DNA of 64,000 bases from Octopus vulgaris (Eukaryota). The stretch spans positions 1,364,001 to 1,428,000 of the forward strand of contig OX597837.1 of NCBI GenBank assembly GCA_951406725.2. Reading direction: 5' to 3'. This document shows, one piece after another, positions 39,572 to 52,241 of the stretch (position 1 is its first letter; each line of letters begins with the position of its first letter). The notes under the pieces are model-generated. The model was not told the origin of the DNA. It searched no databases and was given only the letters and a program-made list of their open reading frames with translations. The position numbers and the translations under genes were made by a program.

Positions 39572-40001
39572 AGAATAGTGGAGGCTTTGGGGAAAGACAG
39601 AACCCAATAGAGACAGACAGACAGGTAGAGAATTATCTAGTTGGGAGGATAGATTCACACACACACACACACGTATGAGAGAAGGTGGGAGTATAGACTG
39701 TCTGTCTGTCTGTGTGTCTGCATGGAATGGACATCGGAGATTGGTATCGGGTAAAATTTAATTGACCAGTTTATTACAGATCGGTGCAAGAGAAAGTGAT
39801 AATTGGGGTAATGACGGTGGTTGGTTACTGAATGGCCGAAGTTATAGCGGCTGGAATCGGGGTGGAGGTGGTGGTGGTGGTGGTAGTAGTACATGTTGTA
39901 CTAGTAGGTGGTAGCTTAGTATGGATTGTGTTGGTTATACACATACTCGTACATATGCACAAATACACACACATACACACAAATATATATATGTATATAT
40001 A

Positions 40002-40102
40002 TACGAGGGGCTTCTTTCAGTTTCCGTCTGCCAAATCTACTCACAAGGCTTTGGTCGGCCCCAGGCTATAGTAGAAGACATTTACCCAACAAGGTGCCAC
40101 GC
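40002..40102 (-). mobile_element. SINE family B fragment
   Basis: gcttctttcagtttccgtct...cacaaggctttggtcggccc. Confidence 0.8.
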
Positions 40103-40135
40103 GCAAATATATATCTGTATATAAATGTATATGTA

Positions 40136-40188
<53 letters not shown>

Positions 40189-40308
40189 TTGTATTATTTT
40201 GTGCGTGTACATATATATATATATATATATAATAAATATTAGGGAATGAATCCAAAATTACAGGGAAAAATCAGATTTAGGGTTAAATCCAATTTTATAG
40301 TAAAATAT

Positions 40309-40579
40309 TATATAATATAATTCGAGACAAAACCACTATTTTAAAACCAAACAAGGAAAGACTTAATCAATACATAAAATTTTAATATAAATTAAATAAA
40401 CCGCCACTACAAAATTTGATACTGATTAGAATATCGAAAATCCACCTGAAGATTGTCGGAGCAGACATGAAACATTTGTAGTGGCGGTTTATTTAATTTA
40501 TATTAAAATTTTATGTATTGATTAAGTCTTTCCTTGTTTGGTTTTAAAATAGTGGTTTTGTCTCGAATTATATTATATA
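40309..40579. repeat. Perfect 105-bp inverted repeat with 61-bp spacer (Penelope-type inverted end)
   Basis: 40309-40413 is the exact reverse complement of 40475-40579 by inspection. Confidence 0.9.
40442..40484 (+). ncRNA. Minimal type-I hammerhead ribozyme motif (Penelope-type)
   Basis: CCAC-CTGAAGA-T-TGTC-ggagca-GACA-T-GAAA-C-ATTT-G-TA-GTGG: stems I and II pair, core intact, GUA triplet ends at 40480. Confidence 0.75.
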
Positions 40580-41457
40580 TATATATATATACACACATAT
40601 ATATATATATATGAATGTATGTGTATGCATATTTATGCGGTGTATATATGATGGCATTAATATTCGCTGTGCGGTTATCAATAGAAAATGTAGTATTGGT
40701 CGTTGCGTTAGTGGTCATAGTGGTGGTAGTAGGGGTGGCAGTTTGGCTGGCTGATGTGTCCACGCTTGTGGATCGATTCTTACTGCTGCCGGCAGCTGTG
40801 GTATAGGTAGTGCGTGTCGTGATAATTAAGATGGTAATGATTGTGATGTCGCTGGAGGGGGCAGTGGAGAGGAAGGCGGGAATGCGAGGTGAGGAAGTAT
40901 CGGTGGTGGTAGTGGTTGGGGTGGGTGGCGGTGGGATGCTGATGTGGATGGACGTTTAATTTTCGCTGACATTCACTTCTACCTCCTGTCCCTCATCATA
41001 TTTTTGGCCATCATCAATTTGACCGCCATTTTCGCCACCGCAGCCCTCGCCGCTGTTATGAACATCTTCATTATCATCAGCAGCACCACCATCACCGCCA
41101 CCATTATCAATACCATCGTCATCACCCTATCCACTACCATTATCAACATTATCACCATCATCAACACCACTACCTTCATCATCAGCGTAACCAACTCCAC
41201 TTACCACCACCACCGCCACCATCAACAATAGCATCAACAATAAGAATACATATGAAGTTGTGGTGGTGGTGGTGGTGGTATTTGGAGAAGAGGGAAGGGG
41301 AAGGGATAGTGTATTTGCAGTATATTTGGTGGGGTCGGGTTGTGTGGAGTGGGGAGAACAAGACGAGGGAGTGTCGAAATGTCCAGATGTTTCTTGACCA
41401 TTTGTCCCCAGGTGGACATTTAGAGGGAGAAGACGTGTGTGTGTGTGTATGTATATG

Positions 41458-41524
<67 letters not shown>

Positions 41525-42828
41525 GCGTGCATGCATATGTGTATATGTATGTTTGTATGCGTGTGTATGTATGCATCAGATGGAGTGTGTGAGAGGCTCG
41601 CCTGCCTTATGGAACAGATTTGTTGGAAGTTCAGTAGTGGTGGTCGTGGTGATTATATTGGTATGGTGGCATTCTTGTTGTTGTTGTTAGTGTCGAAGAC
41701 GCGTGGCTAAGTGGTTAGGGTAAATGGCTTTCGATCGTAAGGCCGTGAGCTTGATTCCTGGTATCAGGTTATCTCTTTGAGTAAGACACTTTATTTTTTT
41801 CACGTTGCTCAAGTCAACTGAGTTGGCAAAAATGAGTTGTACCCGTAAACTAAGGCCCCAGCTTTGTCACATCCTGTATCACCCTGAATCTTCCTGAGAA
41901 CTACATTAAGGGTACACATGTCTGTGCATTCAACCACTTGCACATTAATTTTACGAGCAGGCTGGTCAGTTGCTCGGACCAACGCTCGTCGTGTATCCGA
42001 CGGAGTACCAGTTTTAAAGTTTTGTTGGTGTTATTGTTTGTTCTTGGTACAGTGATGGTCACCACTACCACCATCACTGACCATCATCATCATCGCTGCA
42101 TCACCCTGAGGTTTTTGTATGATCGCTCGACTTATTAGAAATAGTGACCGGATTTTCCTCAAATCACATCGTATTGTTTTTAGAGCGGACAAGGTATTTA
42201 ATGCGGTCCTGAAAAAAACGAGGAGTTGGTCACGGCTGAAATGAATTTCATTATATGCTGACTGGATCATGGCTGACCTTGGGCTAAACGTCCAGAAATA
42301 TCATCACAACAACCTCTCTCCTTCCCTATAGCCATCACCACATTCATCCCACCACTTCCCCCTCCACACAGCCGTCTTTCTGTTAAATTCATCGATCTGT
42401 GATCAATAGATTTTTCTGGAAAGAATCAATTATGAGGCCAGGGTGGGTGTGGTCGGGTATTTAGATAGGCGTAGAGGGTGCGGTTCTTGGACCGTCTCAT
42501 CTGACCGAGGGTTATACGGGAACTATGCTGTGTGTATTCCCTATGAGGGAGCAGGAAACGAGGGGTTAGCGATAGGGTGAATGCTGGTGGGGGCGAGTGA
42601 GGGTGGGAGGTTGAGTGAGGGAGTGAGTGATGTGGGGGTTGGGTGAAGGTGAGTGAGGTTGGGGGTTAAGTGTTGTTGAGGGTTGAGTAAGGTGGGAGGC
42701 TGAGTGAGGTGGGGTGGTTGAGTGAGATGGGAATAAACGGTGGTGGACATAGTAGTAGTAGAAAAAGGAAGGGGTGGTGGTAGTAGTGTTAGTGATGGAG
42801 CTACATGTAGCAGTTAGGTAGTTGTGGC

Positions 42829-42862
<34 letters not shown>

Positions 42863-43249
42863 AGGTGATGGTGATGGTACAAACGTCGCCACCACTACCT
42901 CTTCCTAAGGTACCAACGCCACCAACACTTCTACCGACACCGTCTCCATCACCATCCCCGCAACCACCAGTTGGCGGGTCATACTGATCGTAATGGCGGT
43001 GGTAGTGGAGGGAGTTGTAGTGATTCGGTGGTGGTTGCGATGGTAATAGCAGTGGTGGTGGTGGTGGTGCGAACACAGCGAAAGTGAAGAGTGTGTGGCT
43101 GGATAATGTGGAGGCGGTGACGGTTGTAGTGGCGGAAGAATTGGCACTTGTGTCAGTGGTTGTAGTCATAATGGTAGCGTTGGTGCCAGTAGTAGAATTG
43201 GTGGTACTGGTGGTGGCAGTGGTGGCGGTGGTGTTGGATAGCATATTGG

Positions 43250-45015
43250 GTATTTGACCAGTGCAAATATTTGGTCAATGGCGGACGGAGGTCATTGGCC
43301 AGAATTATGCGTGTCTAGAGGACGATAGTGAAGTTGGAAGCGGTGGTGGTGGTAATGAGGAGAGGTTGTGTTGATGACCAGTGGAAGGTTGTGGTCAGCG
43401 ACAGTGAGGGATGCGGTAAAGGAAAGACAGGTCTGCAGGGACCTTGGGGGCGGTGATGAGAAGTTGTATTGGAAAATGACCAGTAGATGACTGGTCAGTG
43501 CTGCCATGGACGGAGGGAGGGACAGAGGAGAAATAATATTTTAAGTGGGGGTTGAATAGCACAGAGTTTACATGATGGGGACAAAACCTTGACCACTGGT
43601 GGGTCTGGTAATAACCCGAAGTGTCACAGAGAAATTATGATGGTGTTGGTGGTAGGGGCTAGTGGTATTAGTGATGGTGGTAGTGTTAGTGGTGATGGTG
43701 GTGGCTATCGTGGTATTAGTTCGGAACACTCAAGTAGTGTATATTGACCAGAGGCATTTTATCCAATACAAATTGCTGTGCTGGTCAGTAGTGGATATTG
43801 CTGGTCAGTGGCTGGAGGAGTTTGAAGTAGTGCTACTAGTAATGTTTGTGGTCATCATGGTGACGGTTAAGCTGTTGTTGTAATTGGTGGTGGTGTTCGT
43901 GATGATGGCGGTTTCTTTAAAATTTTAGTGTCCTGGTTTGACCAGGGGTTTACGTAACTAATTCAAAATCCTCGACGCCGGTGAGAGGTTAATGGTCAAG
44001 TGGCCGGAGAAATTTAGAGAGACGGTAATAGAATAATGTTTGGAAATTAAACTGAGTGACCAGGGGGATATAAGAAACACCGAAAGTGTTGGTCACAATT
44101 CCGATAGGATCTGTAACAGGGAAATGTTTATTGATTAAGGGTGGCGTCATCGTCTGTTTAAGGTGCTGGCTAGAAGTGGTGTCTGTTGTGCATACAATTG
44201 GGTGAGGGTGAAAGATGGTCAGTGGCCGAAGAAATAAACAGAGATGCTGGGATTATGGAGAAACTGAGGACAGCAGCTGGATGACCAGCAGAAAATTTGT
44301 GAGAGAAGTGGTTAAAGAAATTTTAAAGGAATAAGGTGGAAAGAGAGTTAGTCGGGTGGAATGTGACCATAAATGGTGTGAGCAGCGTACGATGTTGGTC
44401 AGTGCTGGGGGATTGAATTATAGCCAGTGGCTGGAATGGTATGGAGAGATGTTAGACGGAGAGTATTTAAGAAGGCTGTAGAACAATCATAAATAACATG
44501 AATGCTAATATTGGTCAGTTGCTGAAATGACCGGGGTGGCAAGGAGGGGATGGTGGATACAAAAATATTTAGTCAGGTCCACAGAGTCCAAAGGCTGCTT
44601 GACCATTGCAACCGGGTCATTCAATAACTGGGGAAATCTTGGAAAGGAGGTGGTTGCAAAAGACTATAGGATGGGTGGTGAGGAGTGACAAGTGCAAAGC
44701 GATGGTCATTGTCTCTAAGATCAGTGTAAAACGCTGGTCATTGCTAGAGGGAGTTCGAGAAATTTTGTTTTGAGGATATGGGGTTGGGTAACGTAGTGCT
44801 GCAGTCGTGCGAGGACATTTAAAATGTAAGTGGGCAGGAGGGGATGGAACGGTCAATATTAGTAGGGAGGTGCTGGTCAGTAGTTGGAGAAATTTGGAAA
44901 ACGGAGTTGGCGAAAGTTCCAGATATGTATTGTGTGTGCAGTGGTGGGGTGGGAAGGGAAGTGAGTGACCAGAAGAGGTTTGGCCACTGTAAAAGGTGCT
45001 GTCAGTGCCGGAGGC
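43250..45015 (+). repeat. Cryptic dispersed array of a TGRYCA(GTGG) motif
   Basis: About 30 occurrences of (T)GGTCA or TGACC(A), counted by eye, with otherwise dissimilar purine-rich spacers. Confidence 0.75.
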
Positions 45016-45459
45016 TGTGGACAGACTTTCAGGCTGGAAGTATTTGGAGAGCTAGCAGTGATGATGATGATAATGCTGATGATAATGATGATGGGGTGAG
45101 GTGATGGCAATGGATGTTTTAGCAACCGTATTATTGGGAGTGGCAATCATAGTGATGATGAGGATGGTAGTGATGGTCGTGGTAGGATTGGGGTGTTGGT
45201 AGTAACTTTCGTGGTTGTGATGATGGTTGTGGTAGCGTTGATAGTGTTAGTAGTGATAATAGTGATGATGATGATGGCGGTGGTGGAGGTTGTGGTGGCA
45301 TGGTATGATGGTAGTTATGATGGTAGTGGTGGTATTAACGGTGTTTGACAGGTAGTAGCAGATAATGGCAATGTTTAAATGGTAGAAGCGAGGTTATTCA
45401 GCTGGCCATTAATTTATGTGAATCCTCTCATTTGATCTCTGGTGATTTTATTCTTGCAG

Positions 45460-45527
45460 AAGAAATAGTCAATTCTAAGGACGATAAAGCAATATTAGAA
45501 AGGAAAACCCAAAATATTATTGTCTGA
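45460..45527 (+). CDS. Candidate terminal coding exon, product unknown
   Basis: Acceptor ttttattcttgcag|. Phase-1 reading EIVNSKDDKAILERKTQNIIV* is followed by unique AT-rich sequence. No recognised motif. Confidence 0.3.
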
Positions 45528-46059
45528 ATCAGCTATTAACAAGCACATAACTGCGAAGTAAATACTTTAAGGCGTGTCTAGAATCGTCCAACAACTCTGA
45601 TCGTTCGCTTAATTCGAAGAAATATTCATATAAAATGAATAATATTGCATTTAACCAAAAATTCGCAGCGCAAATTTGATAAAACTGACCACGGAAGTAT
45701 ATAGAGGCGCGGAAATAGAGAATTTAATTTCAAACGACGCTGAACATGTTTGTTTTAAGCGCGTTTGAATTTTTAAAAGTAACACGCTCGGCAAGAAACG
45801 GGTTTAAAATTAAATTTTCACTTATGGGCCATGATACTTCAAAACTTTATAGTCGTTTGAGTTCAAATACTGGCTTCTAAATTGGCTTAAGCGATAAATT
45901 ATTCATATTATTTCACAATTTCCAACAATAAACTAACAACTAGGAATGTTAGATTCTAATAACCACACCTCTAAGTATTTACTGTTATGCACAAGCTAAT
46001 AACTGATTCAGCCAGCGATAAGTACTCCATCTGGTTGAATACGAATGTATATATGTATA

Positions 46060-46628
46060 TCATTATTCCGTTTATTTCAAGATTTCTTGCCAATAGATAA
46101 AGAATCGGTTTCTAACATAGATCCAAGACTTCTTCATTGGTATTTCAACATCAACAACAGGGTATGGTATTTTTATTTGTATGTATGTCATTATTCCGTT
46201 TATCTCGTGATTTTTTGCCAACAGAGAAAGAGCCGGTTTCTAACCTAGATCCAAGACTCCTTCACTGGAATTTCAACATTAGCAAGGTATTTAGTATGTA
46301 TGTCTCTTCTATTTTTTCATTACTATAGTCTAGTCTTGGAGGAATTGGCTGAGGCAACTTGTGTACAGTTGGTACATAATGTTTAGGCAAGCAATAGGCT
46401 TGTGATTTCCTGCCATCTCCGGGATTTCATTTTTGGCAATAAAATTTGTTGCTGTAGCAAGCCAATGTGTTATATCAGTCTGTTCTTCCATAGTCCTTTT
46501 GAACAGACATATCAATTGGTTTCTATAAAATGTCAGCTTCTTGTGCCAGTATCCAACTATTAGGTCCCTTCCAGGTGCTTTCCCATTCTGCAGTTTGCTT
46601 ACTCCTATAGTGAAGGTTTCTGCATCTG
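46060..46628 (-). mobile_element. Stack of R4/Dong-like fragments: two tandem 3'-UTR copies and an internally deleted RT fragment
   Basis: 46330-46625 minus encodes KAPGRDLIVGYWHKKLTFY...KPIACLNIMYQLYTSCL (early RT domain). 46060-46165 and 46188-46290 are direct copies of a 3' UTR related to 33910-33950. The pieces are separated by (TATG)n. Confidence 0.7.
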
Positions 46629-46934
46629 TATGTATGTATGTATGTAATGGTATATACGGTAAATTGTGCAGTTTTATAGTCCATTTTGCTCTTTAATTCT
46701 AGTAGGCCTTAGTAAAAAGACTTATGAGCCGAAGAATTCCAGTTACGACCATCCCAACATTTTTTAATGTATAATGTACAAAGTTACCATGTGCCTATTA
46801 TTCAAAACAAATCGGTTTTGTTTCAAGATTTGGCTGCTGTGTCTAGCTCCTCGGTGAGACCCTACCTTTACCTCTAGTATATATGTAAATTTAGAGAGCT
46901 TATCTGAATATGTATGTCTGTATGTCATGTATGC

Positions 46935-46979
<45 letters not shown>

Positions 46980-47910
46980 GTATAGAGGTTACTATTTAAC
47001 AGAAATGACTCATCAATCCTGAAATTTGTTGCTTTTGGACGCTCAATTAATTTTATATATCGAATTAATATTACTAATCAAAGCTAATTTACCATTTCCA
47101 ACAAAATCTATCCACGACATAACCCCATTCTCTGAATGGGCTTACGAATTCATAAACCACAACGTTATTAATTAATATATAGATAATAATAATAATAATA
47201 ATAATAATGATAATATTAATAATGATAATAATAAAAATAGAAATTAAAAATAAATAGTAACATTGATAATATTAACAAAATCATTGTGACACAACTGCTG
47301 TATGTGTTTTTATACATATATATGGAAAAAATATAAGAATATCTATTTACATATATGTACGCAATATGTCTACGGATATATACATATATCTTTCTATGTA
47401 TGTATATACGCATATATACACGCTCATATTAAATGAACTCATATGAGCATAAAATTTGTAATATATATGTATATATATATATATATATATACACATATAA
47501 ATTACACATATATACACATATAAATTACACATATATACACACTCACACGCTCACATCTATGTTATATGTATGTATGCATACACGCATCTAAGATATAGAT
47601 GTGTATTTATATCTATCTATCTATCTATCTATCTCTATATAATTTCTATGAGATATGCAATTTAATTATAAATATACCATATTAAAGAGGTGCACACATA
47701 TATCAACTTTCGAGCATGTATGTATGTATGTATGTATGTATGTATGTATGTATGTATGTATGTATGTATGTATGTATGTATGTATGTATGTATGTATGTA
47801 TGTATGTGTGTATGTATGTATGTATGTCTAAATACGTTCATATAAGTTTTAAAAAAGTACAATAACGTACTAGTGGGAAAAAGATTAGCCTTGCACAGAA
47901 AGAAAAAATC

Positions 47911-47942
<32 letters not shown>

Positions 47943-48411
47943 GTGTGAACAATCCATTAATTTTAATGTTATTAGCCATCCAATGAAATTATGATGGATG
48001 ATTTCTCGGCAATGATTTAATATTAATTAAATACGAGCTAAACCATATCTATTGGTGAGCATTGATGCAGTGGGGACTCACAGGCCAAACTTTAACAAAA
48101 TACCGTGAAAAAATGAATATCGGATATCAAGCATGGTTTTCATTGCGGTATGAGAGCGTTTTATAAACACGCACGAATACATGCACACACTTATACAGAC
48201 CAGTGTTACCTCGTATAGTAAGTATATACAGAGAGAGAGAGAGAGAGAGAGAGATGTATTCACATCAGGTCATGCTCGTGCTCGTTCATGTTCATTCATT
48301 TCTCGTTCTCTTTTCATTCAATCAGTCATTCGCGCATGCAGTTATTACATATACACAGAGGTTATATACATATATAAAAATGCATACAAACATATACATA
48401 TGAAGCTACAC

Positions 48412-48462
<51 letters not shown>

Positions 48463-49063
48463 TAAACATGCGTAAATACAATTTCTTTGACAGACATTTG
48501 TATGTATGTATATGTGATTATACACAAACATATATGTTTATCACGCAAACACACGTATTTATATATAATATATAAAATAAACTTTATATTATTAGTTCCT
48601 ACGTACATTTCAACATTGTGGTTGTTTGTAACTCTGCATCGGAGGTTCCAAGAGTGCCATTGGGTGCTTAACTCACAACGGATAATCAAGGAACAGATTA
48701 GTTAACTGTATCATAATCCATTAAAATGTTTCATCCATTTGCACTCGGAAGATCCAAAGCAACGTTCCAAACAACCACGAAGGTGAAACGTACGACGGAT
48801 CTAAATTATACTATAAACAGATGAATTGCTGCATATATATGCACATACATATTTACACATACATACACATACATATCGGTGCAGGCGTGACTGTATAGTA
48901 AGAAGCTTTCTTTCCGACCATATGGTTCGGGGTTCAGTCCCACTGCGTGACACCTTCGGCAAGTGTCTTCTACATTTGTATATATAGTCAAATACTCCTC
49001 ATTGATTTTTCTTAAAAATGATATTCCGTTCACATCGTATTTCATGATATAATCTCCATGAAT

Positions 49064-49270
49064 TTAGCGACGCTTGCTGAGCTCTCTATAAAACCTCTGG
49101 GCACTTTTATAATATTGTTGTATTTCAGGAATATTTACTATTAGGTAGCTCCTATTCTGTGTGTCAAATGCTAAATATGCAATCTGTGGAGCAAGTATGC
49201 AGTTAGGTTTTCTACGCCCAGAAAATATAGTTTTGTTAGTAACGTGAATATAGGGAATTTGAACAACATA
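49064..49270 (-). CDS. Candidate terminal exon on the minus strand, product unknown
   Basis: Minus-strand acceptor ttttcttcattttattttgcag| followed by 68 open, non-repetitive codons (YVVQIPYIHVTNKTIFSGRRKPNCILAPQIAYLAFDTQNRSYLIVNIPEIQQYYKSAQRFYRELSKRR*). Confidence 0.3.
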   Translation of the reverse strand, partial: YVVQIPYIHVTNKTIFSGRRKPNCILAPQIAYLAFDTQNRSYLIVNIPEIQQYYKSAQRFYRELSKRR

Positions 49271-50744
49271 CTGCAAAATAAAATGAAGAAAACCGTTTTA
49301 CGGAGTTTACCGTATATATATAATTATTATTTGAGGGAATAAAATCCAAACTTACAAAGAAAAATTCAATTTAGAAATACTAAATCAAATTTCACACAAT
49401 ATAATATATATATAAAATTAGAAAAAAAACACCTTTTATCAATTCAAAATGAACAATTAAATTACACCATCTAAAAAATTACATATAATAGAATAATTGA
49501 ACTTAAAATAACAGTAAAATGTCAAAGATTAAGTAAATTGCAAAATAAAATAAAAACGTATATAATAGGTTTATATACGTTTATATATTCCTGTCCATCC
49601 ATACATTCATAGTCACATTGAGAAAGTATAACTAGAAGTGTTATTGTGCATCGTATGGAAGAATTAGCTGTCTGTCAATCGCAACAATAACAAGCAACAT
49701 GAACAACAAGAACGAGAAGAATATTAACAGCAACGATGATGATGATGATGATGATGATGATAATAGCAATGTCCATGGGCAACAACAAGAAAAGTTACAA
49801 CAACAATAAGATTGCTAAAAATAGTAGCAGCTGACAGTCACAAGAAGAACAAGATTAATAATAACCACACAAACAACAACAAAAAGCAATAAATGTAACA
49901 TCATAAGAAGAAACAACAATGTTCGTTGCTAACAACAACAGAAATATTCGCAACATTAGGTGACAGTAACAACAACAACAACAATACAAACAGTATGTAG
50001 CAGCAACAACTACAACAGTAATATCGATTATCGTAACAACAACAATAGCAACAACATCGAAGAGCAACGACTACAATATATATTGCGAATAAAAAAAATA
50101 TATTATCAACAATAGCAACAGAAAGAAGAAGAGAGCAATAAAAAGGACAGCAACACAGCTTGCAATATAAACAAATTATAAGAATGAATGTTAAAAAAAA
50201 GATAAAAAGAAACGAAGCAACACACAGCAACAACAACAACAATATTATTTCCCACCACCGCCACCACCACTACCACCAGAGCTGTACACTTTTTCGCCTT
50301 TCTGTTATCAAAAATGAAATCGGAATATTTTTTTTGTTTTTTTTTAGCAAAAAAATTTTCTATGATTTTTCCGCCTGACTAAACGGAATTTGTCTCAAGT
50401 CTTTTGAAAGAAAGAATACGAAACTTGGCAGAATGGTAACTGTAAAAGGCAAAGGTAGAAATCATTTCAGTTTGCAGAAAACACACACACTCACACACAC
50501 ACACGAATGCGAGCGCTGTGTATCAGTGTTCAGTAAGGTATAAAAAGCAACGAACATTAAGAGAGTGTAGGACTCAATACCTGATACCGGACAATTGTTT
50601 ATTATAAAACATGTTGAATGATCATTCGTAGTTTTGCCAAAAGCCGACTTTTCTAACTGACAATAATAAAGGACAGCTTTTCGCAGGAACTTCGAAGTTT
50701 CTTCCTTTCGATGCAAACAGGAAGTCCAGAACTCAAAATATTAG

Positions 50745-50939
50745 TATTCTTTTATTCTTTAATTTGTTTGTCATTTAACTTTGTCCATGCTGGAGCACCG
50801 CCTTTTAGTCGAACAGATCGACCCCAGGACTTATTCTTTGTAAGCCTAGTACTTATTCTATCGGTCTTTTTTGCCGAACTGGTAAGACACACCAACATAT
50901 ATTGTCAAGCGATGGTGGCGGGGACAAACACAGACACAG

Positions 50940-50973
<34 letters not shown>

Positions 50974-51480
50974 GACGGACTTCATTCAGTTTCCGTTTAC
51001 CAAATCCACTCACAAGGCTTTGGTCGGCCCGAAGCTATAGTAGAAGACACTTGCCCGAGGTGCCACGCAGTGGGACTGAACCCGGAACCGTGTGGTTTGT
51101 AAGCAAACTACTTACCACACTCAACGTCTGACAGTTTTGTGCGTTGGCACTTAACATGCTTGATTTGGTAGAGGGGGAACTGAACGCCTGTCGTGTATGT
51201 GTGTTTATGTACATACGTATGTATGTATGTATGTATGTATGTATGTATGTATGTGTGTGAGTGTGTTTCTTTAAGTCTGTTTGTCACTCCCACAAACCAC
51301 CACCACCACTCGACAACCGGTGTTGGTGTATTTATGTCCCTGTAAGTTAGCGGTTCGGCCAAGGGCTACCACACTTAAAAGGAAGATGAATAACGTAGTC
51401 GATCAGTTCAACTATAAACGCTGAAGGCGTTGCTCCAGCATCGCCGCAGTCTAATGACTGAACTAAGTAGGAGACGAAAG
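50745..51480. mobile_element. Head-to-head pair of SINE family B copies (50745-51120 minus, 51142-51480 plus)
   Basis: Both copies match family B in opposite orientations, about 20 bp apart. Confidence 0.8.
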
Positions 51481-51806
51481 GTATAGCATACACCCACAAT
51501 TAGAATGACCCTTAATTCGAGACTTTGATGACGTCATTTCAGATTCTTTCTTTCCTTTCTTTCTTTTTTTGTGTTGTATTTTATATGGTTCCGTTTGTGT
51601 TGCGTTTTATTCATCTTGTTGTTACTGTTGTTGTTTTCCCATCATCAGCATCATCAGCATCAGCGTCATTACACTTATTATTATTATCATTGTTATCATC
51701 ATCATCATCATTATTATTATTATTATTAATAGTAGCCGCAGAAGTATTTTTAACTTTTATTTCTAACCTTAATTGCATCATCTCCTTTTATTATAATTGC
51801 GGATAA

Positions 51807-51851
<45 letters not shown>

Positions 51852-52241
51852 GCTTACATTAACCTTTGATGGTTAAAATCTTAATTGCTGAAAATTTCCC
51901 ACATCTAAATGCGCGTCTGATCTTTTGTGTGTGTGTGTGTGTCTATATATACAGAGAGATAGGTAGAAATACGCGCACGCTGTATATTGAGTGAGAGTAT
52001 GTGCGTACGAAGTTGGTATATTTTCAACCCATATACTTTTTGTCAATGAACTAAAGTTATTACCCATTTTGTAATAACCCGATACATTTTGTATCAAACA
52101 ATTCGACAATTGCGATTATTATCAGGATTATAATAACTATTGGCATTATTATTACTATTACTATTCTCACCATTACAGGCTGTTTGAGGAATAAATGACA
52201 AGATTCCTTTTCTTTACTTCAGTTGTCTTTTGTCTTCATTC

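Larger units (their letters stand above)
39070..45350. repeat. Region of degenerate (GGT)n/(ACC)n/(GAT)n trinucleotide low-complexity blocks
   Basis: GGT-rich blocks alternate with ACC-rich blocks (for example 41000-41230 and 42888-42968). Confidence 0.8.

Noticed and set aside
39007-43244. Gly/Pro/Thr/His-rich ORFs
   Set aside because: They arise from degenerate (GGT)n/(ACC)n low-complexity DNA, are open in several frames, and have no splice support.
43250-45015. CRISPR-like interpretation of the motif-plus-spacer array
   Set aside because: The repeat core is only 6-10 bp and degenerate, spacing is irregular, the context is eukaryotic and no cas genes are present.
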